IMG/VR virus record: IMGVR_UViG_3300033463_000008
Length of the DNA: 64,000 nucleotides
Source: a virus
Lineage: Duplodnaviria > Caudoviricetes
Strand: one strand, 5' to 3'
Shown here: positions 1 to 8,703 of the stretch, piece after piece
Numbering within the stretch: the stretch's first letter is position 1
Layout: each line of letters opens with the position of its first letter
Program-made: the position numbers and the translations under genes
The notes under the pieces: generated by a model
What the model was told of the DNA's origin: nothing
Seen by the model: only the letters and a program-made list of their open reading frames with translations
Database searches by the model: none

Positions 1-1
1 T

Positions 2-469
2 GACACCAGGACATTCCTGAACTCCAAGGATACCGACAAGGATCCGGTCATTACGGATATTGACGTTGGGCAGATGTTCGAGTTCAACTCATGCGTGCTT
101 TTGAATGCCCCTCAGGTAAAGATGTCGTATGATGAACAGAACCAGTTCCAGTTCTCTGTAAAGCTGGCCTACCCGAACTCCTTCCAGGGTTCCTTCAAGA
201 AGAAATTCCGTTATCTTCGCGACAATACCACCAGGGGTGTCGATGCCGGTCACGCTCTCATCAAGGAATCAACCGAAAGTTCCCCATACGGAGAATACAA
301 CAAGGGATTCTATGAAACCCCATACACCACTTGGCAAGGCACCAAGAGTGCATACACTTACGAGACCTATAATCCGAATGATTACAAGGAATACATGAAG
401 ACTCACCCGACGGCATTCAACACGCCAAACAAGTATAATTACGACATGCGTGACGCTTACAAGAAGTAG
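2..469 (+). CDS. 3' part of a tail-tube-fold protein (gp19/gp54-like), truncated by the window start
   Basis: Frame is open from position 2. Segment MFEFNSCVLLNAPQVKMSYDEQNQFQFSVKLAY resembles the C-terminal P..lsy....f.V.f.Y motif of tail tube family proteins. Confidence 0.4.
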   Translation, partial: DTRTFLNSKDTDKDPVITDIDVGQMFEFNSCVLLNAPQVKMSYDEQNQFQFSVKLAYPNSFQGSFKKKFRYLRDNTTRGVDAGHALIKESTESSPYGEYNKGFYETPYTTWQGTKSAYTYETYNPNDYKEYMKTHPTAFNTPNKYNYDMRDAYKK

Positions 470-1192
470 CTATCGGTCGCACGGTGAATCGAAGAAATCT
501 AGGTCAAGCGGTTGCTTGGCCATTTCTTTACCAATTCTTTCTATTGTATCGGAAGAATTGTCTGCATCACAGCTATGCGATGAATATGGGTTGCAGCCAT
601 CCATACCGTAAATAACGGCATTGTTCTTCCCTGTGGGCAGCATAAAGATAGTCACCCTTGCACACCAGGCGCACAAAGACAATACCTTTCCGTATCCAAA
701 TGCCTGGGCATCCTTCAAACGCGGCAGCGGACTGGAACCATCGAAATATATCTGGGAGAAACGGCTGATGCGGTCAATCGCAGCCCGATTCATGCCAAAG
801 TTACCAATAGAAATGCCATATCCGTTCGTAAGGACGGATGAATTCTGTATGATTGTTCCATTGGGATTGAACAGGTTCAAGCGCTTGGCACCGCCAACTT
901 CACGAAAGTCTTTCCAGTGACTCTCCTGATGCAAAACCCGGCCACATGTAATCAACGGATACAGGTGGTTTTCGAGATGTTCAACATGCGACTGGATGAG
1001 GTCATCTTGCATTGCGCAGTTTTTACCAATGAAGATGACATTGTCGCACCCGGCCTCCATGAAATTTGCCAGGCCAGCATTCAGTTGAGATGCGAGTCCG
1101 CACGGTATCGCCGGATTTGCAATAAACACCTGGTAATCACCATATTTTTTCGGGTCAATAAACCCATCGTATGCAAAGATCCCGGTCTTCAT
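470..1192 (-). CDS. Glycosyltransferase family 2-like protein, degenerate DxD
   Basis: LNAGL...NVIFIGKNCAMQDDLIQSH...LITCGR...GNFGMNR matches the GT-A/GT2 pattern (RN.G..IIFLDGDC...H). The DxD position reads G-K-N. Confidence 0.55.
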   Translation of the reverse strand: MKTGIFAYDGFIDPKKYGDYQVFIANPAIPCGLASQLNAGLANFMEAGCDNVIFIGKNCAMQDDLIQSHVEHLENHLYPLITCGRVLHQESHWKDFREVGGAKRLNLFNPNGTIIQNSSVLTNGYGISIGNFGMNRAAIDRISRFSQIYFDGSSPLPRLKDAQAFGYGKVLSLCAWCARVTIFMLPTGKNNAVIYGMDGCNPYSSHSCDADNSSDTIERIGKEMAKQPLDLDFFDSPCDR

Positions 1193-2229
1193 TTTATTAA
1201 CGTCTCCACTCGCTGGCCAAGCATGAGTTCCTTGTTCCCAAACTGCTTAATCAGGTTGACATAGGTATCGTACATCTTGATGTTCGCCTTGGTTGACGGT
1301 ATTTCAGTGATGTCCTCGCCATACAGCGTTTCAACCACTTCGGACATGAACCGTTTGGCCTTTCCATTGAACACGGACACCGCCCAGCAGGATGAAAACG
1401 GAGTGTAGAACAAGCCATCGCCAGCAAATTCAAGCTCCGGAGGGACATTCATGTTGATTGCCGAAAACCTCTGACGCTCAAACCGGCCACCGATATAATC
1501 AACGAACTGGTCCACCCTGTTATCCATGATTATTGTATGACCTGGATATTGATTGTCCTTGATAATTTCGCCAGCTTCTTTCAGAGTAATCTTGCGATAG
1601 CCAATTCCGAACCGTTGCATAATCTTTGCACAGATGTCATGGTACGATGTCTTCGGATGGCAGAAATATTCGTTGTAGTCTTCCTTGGCAAGATATTCCA
1701 GCGGGAATTCGTACTTGAATCCCTGCATGGACAACTTGGAAAGCTGCACCCCGCGCCAGCGGGTGACACCCATTGCCTTAATGAAAGTATCAACAAACTT
1801 GGACGGCATTGCAGTTTTCATTGCGGTAATGACCTTGGTCGGCGGAAGGGCCAGGTCTGCCATGCACGCAGTGACCGTCTTATCGGCAATACCCTCCACG
1901 CATTCATACCACTCGCCAACATCATCGAAAGACTTCTTGGAAAGCGGAAATTGGATAACCCCATTCCGGCGGTTGGCGATCTTTACATTGTCAAATGGAA
2001 TATACAGGTGGCGAGGATTCACATACTCCTCGAAGGTGACTCCGCCACCCATCAGTTCGGAAATGACATCCGCATAGCGGCTGCTTATGCAGTCGCCATA
2101 TGTATCAAGAGGGTCACCGGGCGTAGCCGTTCCCAGCAAGACAACTTCCGATTCGGCACTGGTTGCCAGCCGGACCGCTTCCAGGATGGCATCGAGAGAA
2201 TACCCTATGATTGTAACTCGCTGTTTCAT
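1189..2229 (-). CDS. glf: Divergent UDP-galactopyranose mutase (Glf/UGM)-like protein
   Basis: Colinear with UGM: QFPLSKKSF (LPFNMNTF), FIKAMGVTRW (IKGYTEKQW), HPKTSY (IPVGGY), IIMDNRVDQFVDYIGGRFE (IIYTGPIDQYFDYRFGALE), NIKMYDTY..LGQR (NMELFKKY..GGR). The GxGxxG motif is altered to GYSLDA. Confidence 0.7.
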   Translation of the reverse strand: MKQRVTIIGYSLDAILEAVRLATSAESEVVLLGTATPGDPLDTYGDCISSRYADVISELMGGGVTFEEYVNPRHLYIPFDNVKIANRRNGVIQFPLSKKSFDDVGEWYECVEGIADKTVTACMADLALPPTKVITAMKTAMPSKFVDTFIKAMGVTRWRGVQLSKLSMQGFKYEFPLEYLAKEDYNEYFCHPKTSYHDICAKIMQRFGIGYRKITLKEAGEIIKDNQYPGHTIIMDNRVDQFVDYIGGRFERQRFSAINMNVPPELEFAGDGLFYTPFSSCWAVSVFNGKAKRFMSEVVETLYGEDITEIPSTKANIKMYDTYVNLIKQFGNKELMLGQRVETLIK

Positions 2230-2654
2230 AATATTTTGGAGTCCTCCTGCAAATAAGGAAGAATGTACTTATCGAGCCATTCGGCATCGGGAAAATCATA
2301 GAGGATGTCGATAATCTTTCCATCACCGTCTGTGAAAATATGCATCGGGAGTTTACTTATCCCAAGTTCATTATAATATCTGTTCGTATGCGGCTCATCC
2401 TCGACAACCATACGAACTCCACGTACCGGATCGTTCAACATGCCGTATTTGTGGAACCAGTTATACATCTCGTCAAGTGAATGCTTGCATACCTTGCAAT
2501 TCGCCATGCCGTTGTAGAAGCTGAAGACCCACATGATGACACGCTGGCTAGAAGTGCAGTCAGCATATACCTGGTTGCCAAATTCAACCAGGCGTTTGCT
2601 CAGAGGCAGATAAATGCCGTCAATTTCCGGCGTTTCTGGATAAGGTTTCGCCAT
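2226..2654 (-). CDS. Thioredoxin-fold protein
   Basis: FSFY..NCKVC CxxC motif, ISKLPMHIF cis-Pro loop, DGKII. Confidence 0.75.
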   Translation of the reverse strand: MAKPYPETPEIDGIYLPLSKRLVEFGNQVYADCTSSQRVIMWVFSFYNGMANCKVCKHSLDEMYNWFHKYGMLNDPVRGVRMVVEDEPHTNRYYNELGISKLPMHIFTDGDGKIIDILYDFPDAEWLDKYILPYLQEDSKIL

Positions 2655-3154
2655 TAGTATTTCTGCCCACTGCTACCATGTACGACCCTGGAGATAAAAT
2701 CCAAGGCATCAATGCCGGCACGGCATTTTTTCACCAGTTCGGTAAATACGTTTTTCCAGCGTTCAGCTTCGGCAGTGAGTTCCTGAATAACCTTGTCCTT
2801 TTCGGCAATTTTCTTGTCGTACCCGGCAGCCGCACGCTTCATCCCGGCCTCGATACCATCCTGAATACTCATCTTGATGCATTCGCGAAATGGAAGATAT
2901 TCCGGAAGATTCCAGTTGCTGCGGTAAACTTCGTCAATGGTGTCAACCAAAGTTGCATCGAATTTACGGTTTACCCCGGACGTGGCATGGTCATCCTTGG
3001 TATATACGCCGTTGACAGTAGTGCTCAATACCCCGGTATCATCATCGATTACCAGGATTTTCCCTTCCTTGTCATTTTCCGCAATCCCATTGGTTTTATT
3101 GGCAATTTCAGCGCCGTGGATAAACCAGGCCGGTGTTTCTTTTTCATTGCACAT
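2654..3154 (-). CDS. Hypothetical protein with C-terminal coiled coil
   Basis: 166-aa ORF with GAGG RBS, coupled to the downstream gene. Confidence 0.7.
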   Translation of the reverse strand: MCNEKETPAWFIHGAEIANKTNGIAENDKEGKILVIDDDTGVLSTTVNGVYTKDDHATSGVNRKFDATLVDTIDEVYRSNWNLPEYLPFRECIKMSIQDGIEAGMKRAAAGYDKKIAEKDKVIQELTAEAERWKNVFTELVKKCRAGIDALDFISRVVHGSSGQKY

Positions 3155-3185
3155 GATGTTTCCTCTCTATACAAGGAAAACTACA

Positions 3186-3809
3186 TCAAACACCCTTCTT
3201 TGGGCTAAATAGCCCCATCGTATTGCTCTCATTCAGGATCAGCCAGTTTACCCCATGCAGCTGGCACCATTTTTCGGCAGCTTCCCACTTGGCATAGTTG
3301 GTTGCAACATCCATACTCTTGCGCTGGTAAGCCAAGTTCCGCTTTTGATAATTGGCAATCTGCTTGGAAGTAGCCCCTTCCATTACCGGCTTGGGGGCGT
3401 TAGGCATCACCGAATAGGCAACCGGCTTTACCTCGATAAGCCACCGTTCCTTCGAGCCGTCCGCATACTGGCACTCGACATATATGTCCGGCTTGTAAAT
3501 CGACTGGCGCATCTGAACCGGGGAGAAGTACGATATGGAAAACGGCTCATAGCCCCACTTGGTCACAAAGGGATTATGGTCGCAGAATATGAACACCTTG
3601 CGCTCCCAGTCAGACTTGTAATTCACCGGAAGCTGCTCAATCCGTCCCTCGCCCTTACAGCATGGACATACCGACCCGTGGATTTCCCCCTTTCCTCCAC
3701 ATTTAGGACATTCCACCCACTCGCGGGCCTCCTGGAACATATACTTATCCATGTTGTCCACGTAGTAGAAGTCATTGTGGCATCCGGTATAATACGACTT
3801 CTTCGTCAT
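3186..3809 (-). CDS. gp4: Head completion nuclease (T4 gp4 / TnsA-like) with an inserted DnaJ-type zinc finger
   Basis: YKSDWE, KWGYE, YKPD, LIEVKP, N.AKWEAA..W, LILNE match T4 gp4. CPKCGGKG and CPCCKGEG are inserted near the N-terminus. Confidence 0.85.
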   Translation of the reverse strand: MTKKSYYTGCHNDFYYVDNMDKYMFQEAREWVECPKCGGKGEIHGSVCPCCKGEGRIEQLPVNYKSDWERKVFIFCDHNPFVTKWGYEPFSISYFSPVQMRQSIYKPDIYVECQYADGSKERWLIEVKPVAYSVMPNAPKPVMEGATSKQIANYQKRNLAYQRKSMDVATNYAKWEAAEKWCQLHGVNWLILNESNTMGLFSPKKGV

Positions 3810-3811
3810 AG

Positions 3812-5665
3812 CTACACCGCCTTGGCATACATTCTCGCATAATAGTCAGCCAGGGATTCCGTCTTCGGCGGCTGGTCCCAACTGACAGCCAGCAAGGCCT
3901 CGACCCGCTGCCGGTTGTAGTCATTATCCGGCCTGTAGTTAGGTTGACGTTCTTCAGAGTCTATTTCAAGCGGCAAACGCTTCTTTGGGCCAGGAAGGTA
4001 TGCACTGCGAACCACCGTCCTCTTGTAAGACTCGGTAAGGTCATCAGCATAATCCTGCAACTTCTTCATCCCGTCGTCAGAATATTCCTTGACAGCCTTG
4101 AAGCGAAGATACTGATACCATTTCTCGTTGTAGTAATCGTCTCCGCCTTTCAAGCCCTGCACAATGGAACCGGCAACCTTGATGAGGATATCCTCGTCAG
4201 TCTTGGAAACATATTCATTTCCGTTGATGATGTTATTCTCAAGGTCAACACCGGTCGAGAATGTGGCTGCTTCCCTGTACGGGTCATCATACGCTCTTTC
4301 GGTATTACCGGTAGCTTCGCGACGGCTTTCTTCAATAGTCGCCGACAAGGAGCCACGTGTAACCGCGCTGCGGTTTTCCTCCACCACGACAGATGCCTTC
4401 TGGGTCTTGGATACAAGCCTATCCCACAGGGAATCCCACATGTCGCGCAACTGGGTCAATGTATATCCCCGCTCAGCATCAGCATCAATACAGCACATGT
4501 ACAGGTCAGCTTCGAACGCCCGGTTCCAGAAATCATCGGTCAGCCGGAAATCCTCATTCAGTTTCTTCACCTTGTTGCGGATCTTGTCGCCCAATCCCGG
4601 ACAACCGTATTCCAGACAAGGAACCATCCGTTTCAGGGTGGTCATCATGTCGAGTATGGACATGCCGTAATACTTCCGGTCACCGTCATATTCGGTCGTG
4701 TAGACAAAGAGGCAGTCAAGGTGAGCATCCTTACACCCCGTAATCATGGCAGTAACGTCCCATTTCTTGCGAAGGAAGTCGGCATATTGTTTGATGAGCC
4801 ACCGGAACGGGGCTATAATCATACTGAAAATAAAATCAATGCCGAACTTGATGAAGTCAAAGAACATGACAAGGTATCTGCGGATGTATTTTTCCATCAG
4901 CCTGGATAGGCCTGTAGCAAGCGTGGCCCCGTCAAGGAACGAGAATTTTGTCCTTAAACAGTTGACAATTTCAGTAGGATTGTCAGATATGCTATTGCCG
5001 TCAGAATCTTTATCGCATCCGGTTATAAAGGCTATGAACCTGGAAACACAAGGACATGTGCTCATGAACTTTATAAGGCCATTCCAGTCAATCGCAATCG
5101 ACAGCTCGATTGTGTTCTGGAGATACTTGTCAATCGAATCATAAACGTCAAGGAGACAAGCCAGGGTCGCATTGGTGATGCGCTTCGTGGCCCTTTCAAG
5201 TTTCTTGCGGGCAGCATCTATCTTCTCAAACAATACAAAGGCAGCCTTGGAACAGATTTCCAACCATCCGACAAGGGTACCGTAGAACGAGGTAATGGCG
5301 TTGCAAATTGCCTTGTTCACCGTATTGGTAGCCATAAAATCTTTCAGCTTCACTCCACTGCTGATAGAGTTCAGGAACTTCTTGGCCGTATCGACCCCGT
5401 TAAGTCCAGTCTTTAGCCATGGGCACAAATCGGTAATCCAGTCATACAGATGGTCCGAACAGTCATATGCATACAATTCGGTAGCGCTTTTCTGGATAGC
5501 CTGAGAAGCGTTGTTGAAAATATCAAAAAACTCGTTGACATGATCATTCAATGAGAGTTTAGAATCCGAAGTCGGCTCCGGGTTGCTCGGAATCACCTTT
5601 CCGGTAACGCCGGTAAGGTTTTTCTTATCCCCATCGAGGACTTCTTGACAAGTCTTGGCTGCCAT
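3812..5665 (-). CDS. Cys-rich, largely helical hypothetical protein in the baseplate operon
   Basis: 617-aa ORF coupled to gp5 (TAATG overlap). No recognisable motif. Confidence 0.75.
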   Translation of the reverse strand: MAAKTCQEVLDGDKKNLTGVTGKVIPSNPEPTSDSKLSLNDHVNEFFDIFNNASQAIQKSATELYAYDCSDHLYDWITDLCPWLKTGLNGVDTAKKFLNSISSGVKLKDFMATNTVNKAICNAITSFYGTLVGWLEICSKAAFVLFEKIDAARKKLERATKRITNATLACLLDVYDSIDKYLQNTIELSIAIDWNGLIKFMSTCPCVSRFIAFITGCDKDSDGNSISDNPTEIVNCLRTKFSFLDGATLATGLSRLMEKYIRRYLVMFFDFIKFGIDFIFSMIIAPFRWLIKQYADFLRKKWDVTAMITGCKDAHLDCLFVYTTEYDGDRKYYGMSILDMMTTLKRMVPCLEYGCPGLGDKIRNKVKKLNEDFRLTDDFWNRAFEADLYMCCIDADAERGYTLTQLRDMWDSLWDRLVSKTQKASVVVEENRSAVTRGSLSATIEESRREATGNTERAYDDPYREAATFSTGVDLENNIINGNEYVSKTDEDILIKVAGSIVQGLKGGDDYYNEKWYQYLRFKAVKEYSDDGMKKLQDYADDLTESYKRTVVRSAYLPGPKKRLPLEIDSEERQPNYRPDNDYNRQRVEALLAVSWDQPPKTESLADYYARMYAKAV

Positions 5666-6894
5666 TAGTATTCCTCGTATGCTTGTAGGTTAATATACGA
5701 CACGTCCAGCATCGAGCGCTGATATGCGAATACTGGCGGCTCGCCATCAAGGCCAAACGTCTTGACAGCACTCGTGCGGATCAATGCCAGTTTATCCATC
5801 TGGTACTGGTTGAGCGTGCCGTTTCCATAGAACATCACCACGATTGCATCGACATTGGCCTTTTTGTTGCGCATTTTGGACAGCTTCATGTCCTTGCCAA
5901 AAGTGGCATCATTCTGCAGTTCAATGAGCTGGACGAATCCGTTGTTCTTCAAGTCGCCCGCCATCACGTCATTGGTCCCGATTATATCCGGCTCGCCACC
6001 GCCGAGCCCAACAAGATAATGCGGAACACACTTGGCGTCAGCATCCATGAAGTCAGACAGCTTGGTGGAGAATGCCACGTTGTCCGTGCAGCAGATAAGG
6101 ATATGTGTAGCCTTCTTTCCATTCCTGAGGGCAAATCCATCCGGGCCACATGGCTCGATTGGAACGGTTTCGACAACGTTCCCGGCTGCATCATACAATT
6201 CAGCGACATTGGTGCCATCGGAAATCTCGTCCGGACTGGGAGCCTTTTCTTCCTGTGGACCAGCGCCGCGCAATGTTTCGATGGTCATTGCAGAAATATG
6301 GGAAACCGACAGATATTCACTACCCTGGGTGACCCCGCTTTCGCCATGCCCAACCGGCATGCAGGTAAATATGTCAATTGTCCCCTCGGTCAAGACAGGC
6401 AACGACTTGGCACCTTCTTCACTGCTGTAACTATCCGATTCGATGGTAATCGCGCCGTTCGGGCCCCATACCATGTTGCTTCCGTTACCCGGATTTTCAA
6501 TCTTGGTGACATGGGTATCCCTGTTGTGGGTGTAGAGAAAATTATGCTCGCCTAGATTGGCGACCGCAAGGAACGGGTAGTTTTCGGTATATTCCCTCGG
6601 GAGGAATGACGGAGTCGCCGACACGCCATAATAGAGACCCTGGGTAATATCGCCATTAAGGAACTTGACAAGCAGCCAATAGCCTTCCTGCGGAACGGCT
6701 TCCAACCCAAGGCCAAGCTGAGGATAAACCCACGGCTGTTCCTCGGTTTTCCAGTCATCAGTAACGCCCTTGATTATCGCCTGCACAGCGCCGGTATGGT
6801 TTGTATCAATCATCGTCCCAACCACCTGTCCATAATAGAACGGGAGCGGCAAGCGCCTAGTGAGCGAACTGTAGTTCATTGATGATTCAACCAT
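5665..6894 (-). CDS. gp5: Baseplate hub gp5-like protein (OB fold) with a C-terminal degenerate amidase_2/PGRP-like domain
   Basis: YYGQVVG..D..HTGAVQ..I.G..PWVYP..VPQEG.W..V.F.NGD...Y.G is the gp5/VgrG OB fold. The C-terminus has HILICCT, PHYLV, N..AIVVMFYG and Q...L..I. Confidence 0.75.
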   Translation of the reverse strand: MVESSMNYSSLTRRLPLPFYYGQVVGTMIDTNHTGAVQAIIKGVTDDWKTEEQPWVYPQLGLGLEAVPQEGYWLLVKFLNGDITQGLYYGVSATPSFLPREYTENYPFLAVANLGEHNFLYTHNRDTHVTKIENPGNGSNMVWGPNGAITIESDSYSSEEGAKSLPVLTEGTIDIFTCMPVGHGESGVTQGSEYLSVSHISAMTIETLRGAGPQEEKAPSPDEISDGTNVAELYDAAGNVVETVPIEPCGPDGFALRNGKKATHILICCTDNVAFSTKLSDFMDADAKCVPHYLVGLGGGEPDIIGTNDVMAGDLKNNGFVQLIELQNDATFGKDMKLSKMRNKKANVDAIVVMFYGNGTLNQYQMDKLALIRTSAVKTFGLDGEPPVFAYQRSMLDVSYINLQAYEEY

Positions 6895-6895
6895 G

Positions 6896-8248
6896 TTACT
6901 TTTCCTTCATGTTGTCAACTACTTGCCGCACAGTATCCATGACTATGCCATATTCCTTCGACGGGTCCTTGGAATACTGGAAATTCGTAGCCAGGACAAT
7001 ATCTGTTTCATATTCACTGGTCATCGTGGTTGACGGGTTTCCCAACGTACCGCTAGTCACGGTATTTTTCTTGTTGACCTGCTTGCTCAATACGATGTAG
7101 CGGGCAGTGTAGTTAGGGTCGGCATTCAACTGTCCCTGCTTGATGAGGATGTTGTTTGCCATCAAGTACACGCATGAACCGACCGGCGGGCCAAAATGGT
7201 TATAGATGCGAACCACCGCCACGCGGCTGTATTCAGCAAGAAGCCTTGCACGGATAGTATCGGCAACGGCATATTTCTTATGCACATTCATCGGGAACGA
7301 CATGACAAGCTTCGGCTCGCCATAAACGCCTGTGCTGTTCTTGGGCGGCTTCATGCCGGAAGGAAGCTCGTTCGCCCCCGCAGTCGCCATGATGACATCA
7401 AGACATTCACCACCGCAGTCGCCGGTTTCCTTCTCTCCCTTGTTGTTTGTTGTATCGACCACCAGGTTGGGAAACATTGCGGCACGCCATGTGGATGAAC
7501 GGTCTTCACGGGTCATGGACTCGTAACGGTAAATAGTAGTTCCAGCAAGAGCCTTCGGCTTGTATGTAGCATCCTTGGTGGAAAGCATCGCATCCTGCGA
7601 ATAGAACATCATTGAACGAGTCTTAGACGCCTTTTCCGTATTGAATGTAGAGATGATGATTTTCCCCTTCAATTCATCAAATGCCCAGAACAATATATCC
7701 GACGGGACATAGGACATACTGACGATGTAATTCAGGTTTTCTGCAAGATTGCCATTGACCAGTCGCCATGTCATGGTGTCAGAATTTTTACCGTTATCGA
7801 CATATCTGGAAATGTATTCCATTCCACTTTTCTTGATGCATTCCTTCAACGCTGCCGAGCTCGTTCCCGTGCATGCAAAGTTTACCTGTTTCAAATCGCT
7901 TTCCTTGGACCCGACTACGAAATCGAAGGAGATATTGACACTGTCGGTAGTATTCTGGGACTGTTTGAAGTTGGAAATATAGACGCCAAACGCAAAGTCT
8001 TCTTTTAATTCCGACCCATATTCCTGAATAACCATGGTCCCATAGCTGCCACCAACGGGAATTTCATCGGTGTGGTTCAATGTACATTCGGCATGTCCAT
8101 ACGGCATGGCATTCACGTCAAAGAACATGCCGAGCTTGCGCACACTAGGTGCGTTTATGGCTATATACCCGTCAACCTCGGGATTGAGTGACTTCGGTAG
8201 CGAAAACGCCACTACGAAGTTTGAACCGGTTTTAGATACTGCACCCAT
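6896..8248 (-). CDS. Putative baseplate hub protein (gp27/GPD-like)
   Basis: 450 aa, beta-rich, between gp53-like and gp5. C-terminal G.CV.L....YTARYIVLS pattern is typical of hub proteins. Confidence 0.55.
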   Translation of the reverse strand: MGAVSKTGSNFVVAFSLPKSLNPEVDGYIAINAPSVRKLGMFFDVNAMPYGHAECTLNHTDEIPVGGSYGTMVIQEYGSELKEDFAFGVYISNFKQSQNTTDSVNISFDFVVGSKESDLKQVNFACTGTSSAALKECIKKSGMEYISRYVDNGKNSDTMTWRLVNGNLAENLNYIVSMSYVPSDILFWAFDELKGKIIISTFNTEKASKTRSMMFYSQDAMLSTKDATYKPKALAGTTIYRYESMTREDRSSTWRAAMFPNLVVDTTNNKGEKETGDCGGECLDVIMATAGANELPSGMKPPKNSTGVYGEPKLVMSFPMNVHKKYAVADTIRARLLAEYSRVAVVRIYNHFGPPVGSCVYLMANNILIKQGQLNADPNYTARYIVLSKQVNKKNTVTSGTLGNPSTTMTSEYETDIVLATNFQYSKDPSKEYGIVMDTVRQVVDNMKEK

Positions 8249-8700
8249 TACTCTTCTTCCTGGTCGCTAACCACTTCATTTAGTTCGTTATACCGTTCAT
8301 ACCACTTCACTGCACTGTCCGGAGACGGAACGAAAATCAGACGGTCCGGCTCGGCATCCGTGATATTTCCATTGCCGAAATCGGAATACCCCAGCCAGTC
8401 GCGCACTCCCAATACCATCGTATCGTTTATGCGGCGAATTTCAGACTCAAGTGCAGCTCCACGATAGCCACGTAAAACTAGTTCGTTGCGAATCGATTCG
8501 TCCGTCGGGCGAATTCCAGGACGGGTCAGCATAGGATTTGTCATCCTGTTTGCCGCAGCAAACACCTTGTAGGCGGTTGGGGTATCGTACCTGTCGGCAC
8601 ACACCAAGTCAAGACGACCGCCCCGATAGAACGGAAGCTTGAATGAACTCTGAATTGGCAAGTCATGATTACGAAAACGTGGGAATTCTTCCTTTGCCAT
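8248..8700 (-). CDS. Baseplate wedge gp53 / LysM-like (tail X) protein
   Basis: GRLDLVCADRYDTPTAYKVFAAANRMTNP and LIFVP form the LysM-like gp53 signature. Confidence 0.7.
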   Translation of the reverse strand: MAKEEFPRFRNHDLPIQSSFKLPFYRGGRLDLVCADRYDTPTAYKVFAAANRMTNPMLTRPGIRPTDESIRNELVLRGYRGAALESEIRRINDTMVLGVRDWLGYSDFGNGNITDAEPDRLIFVPSPDSAVKWYERYNELNEVVSDQEEE

Positions 8701-8703
8701 ATA

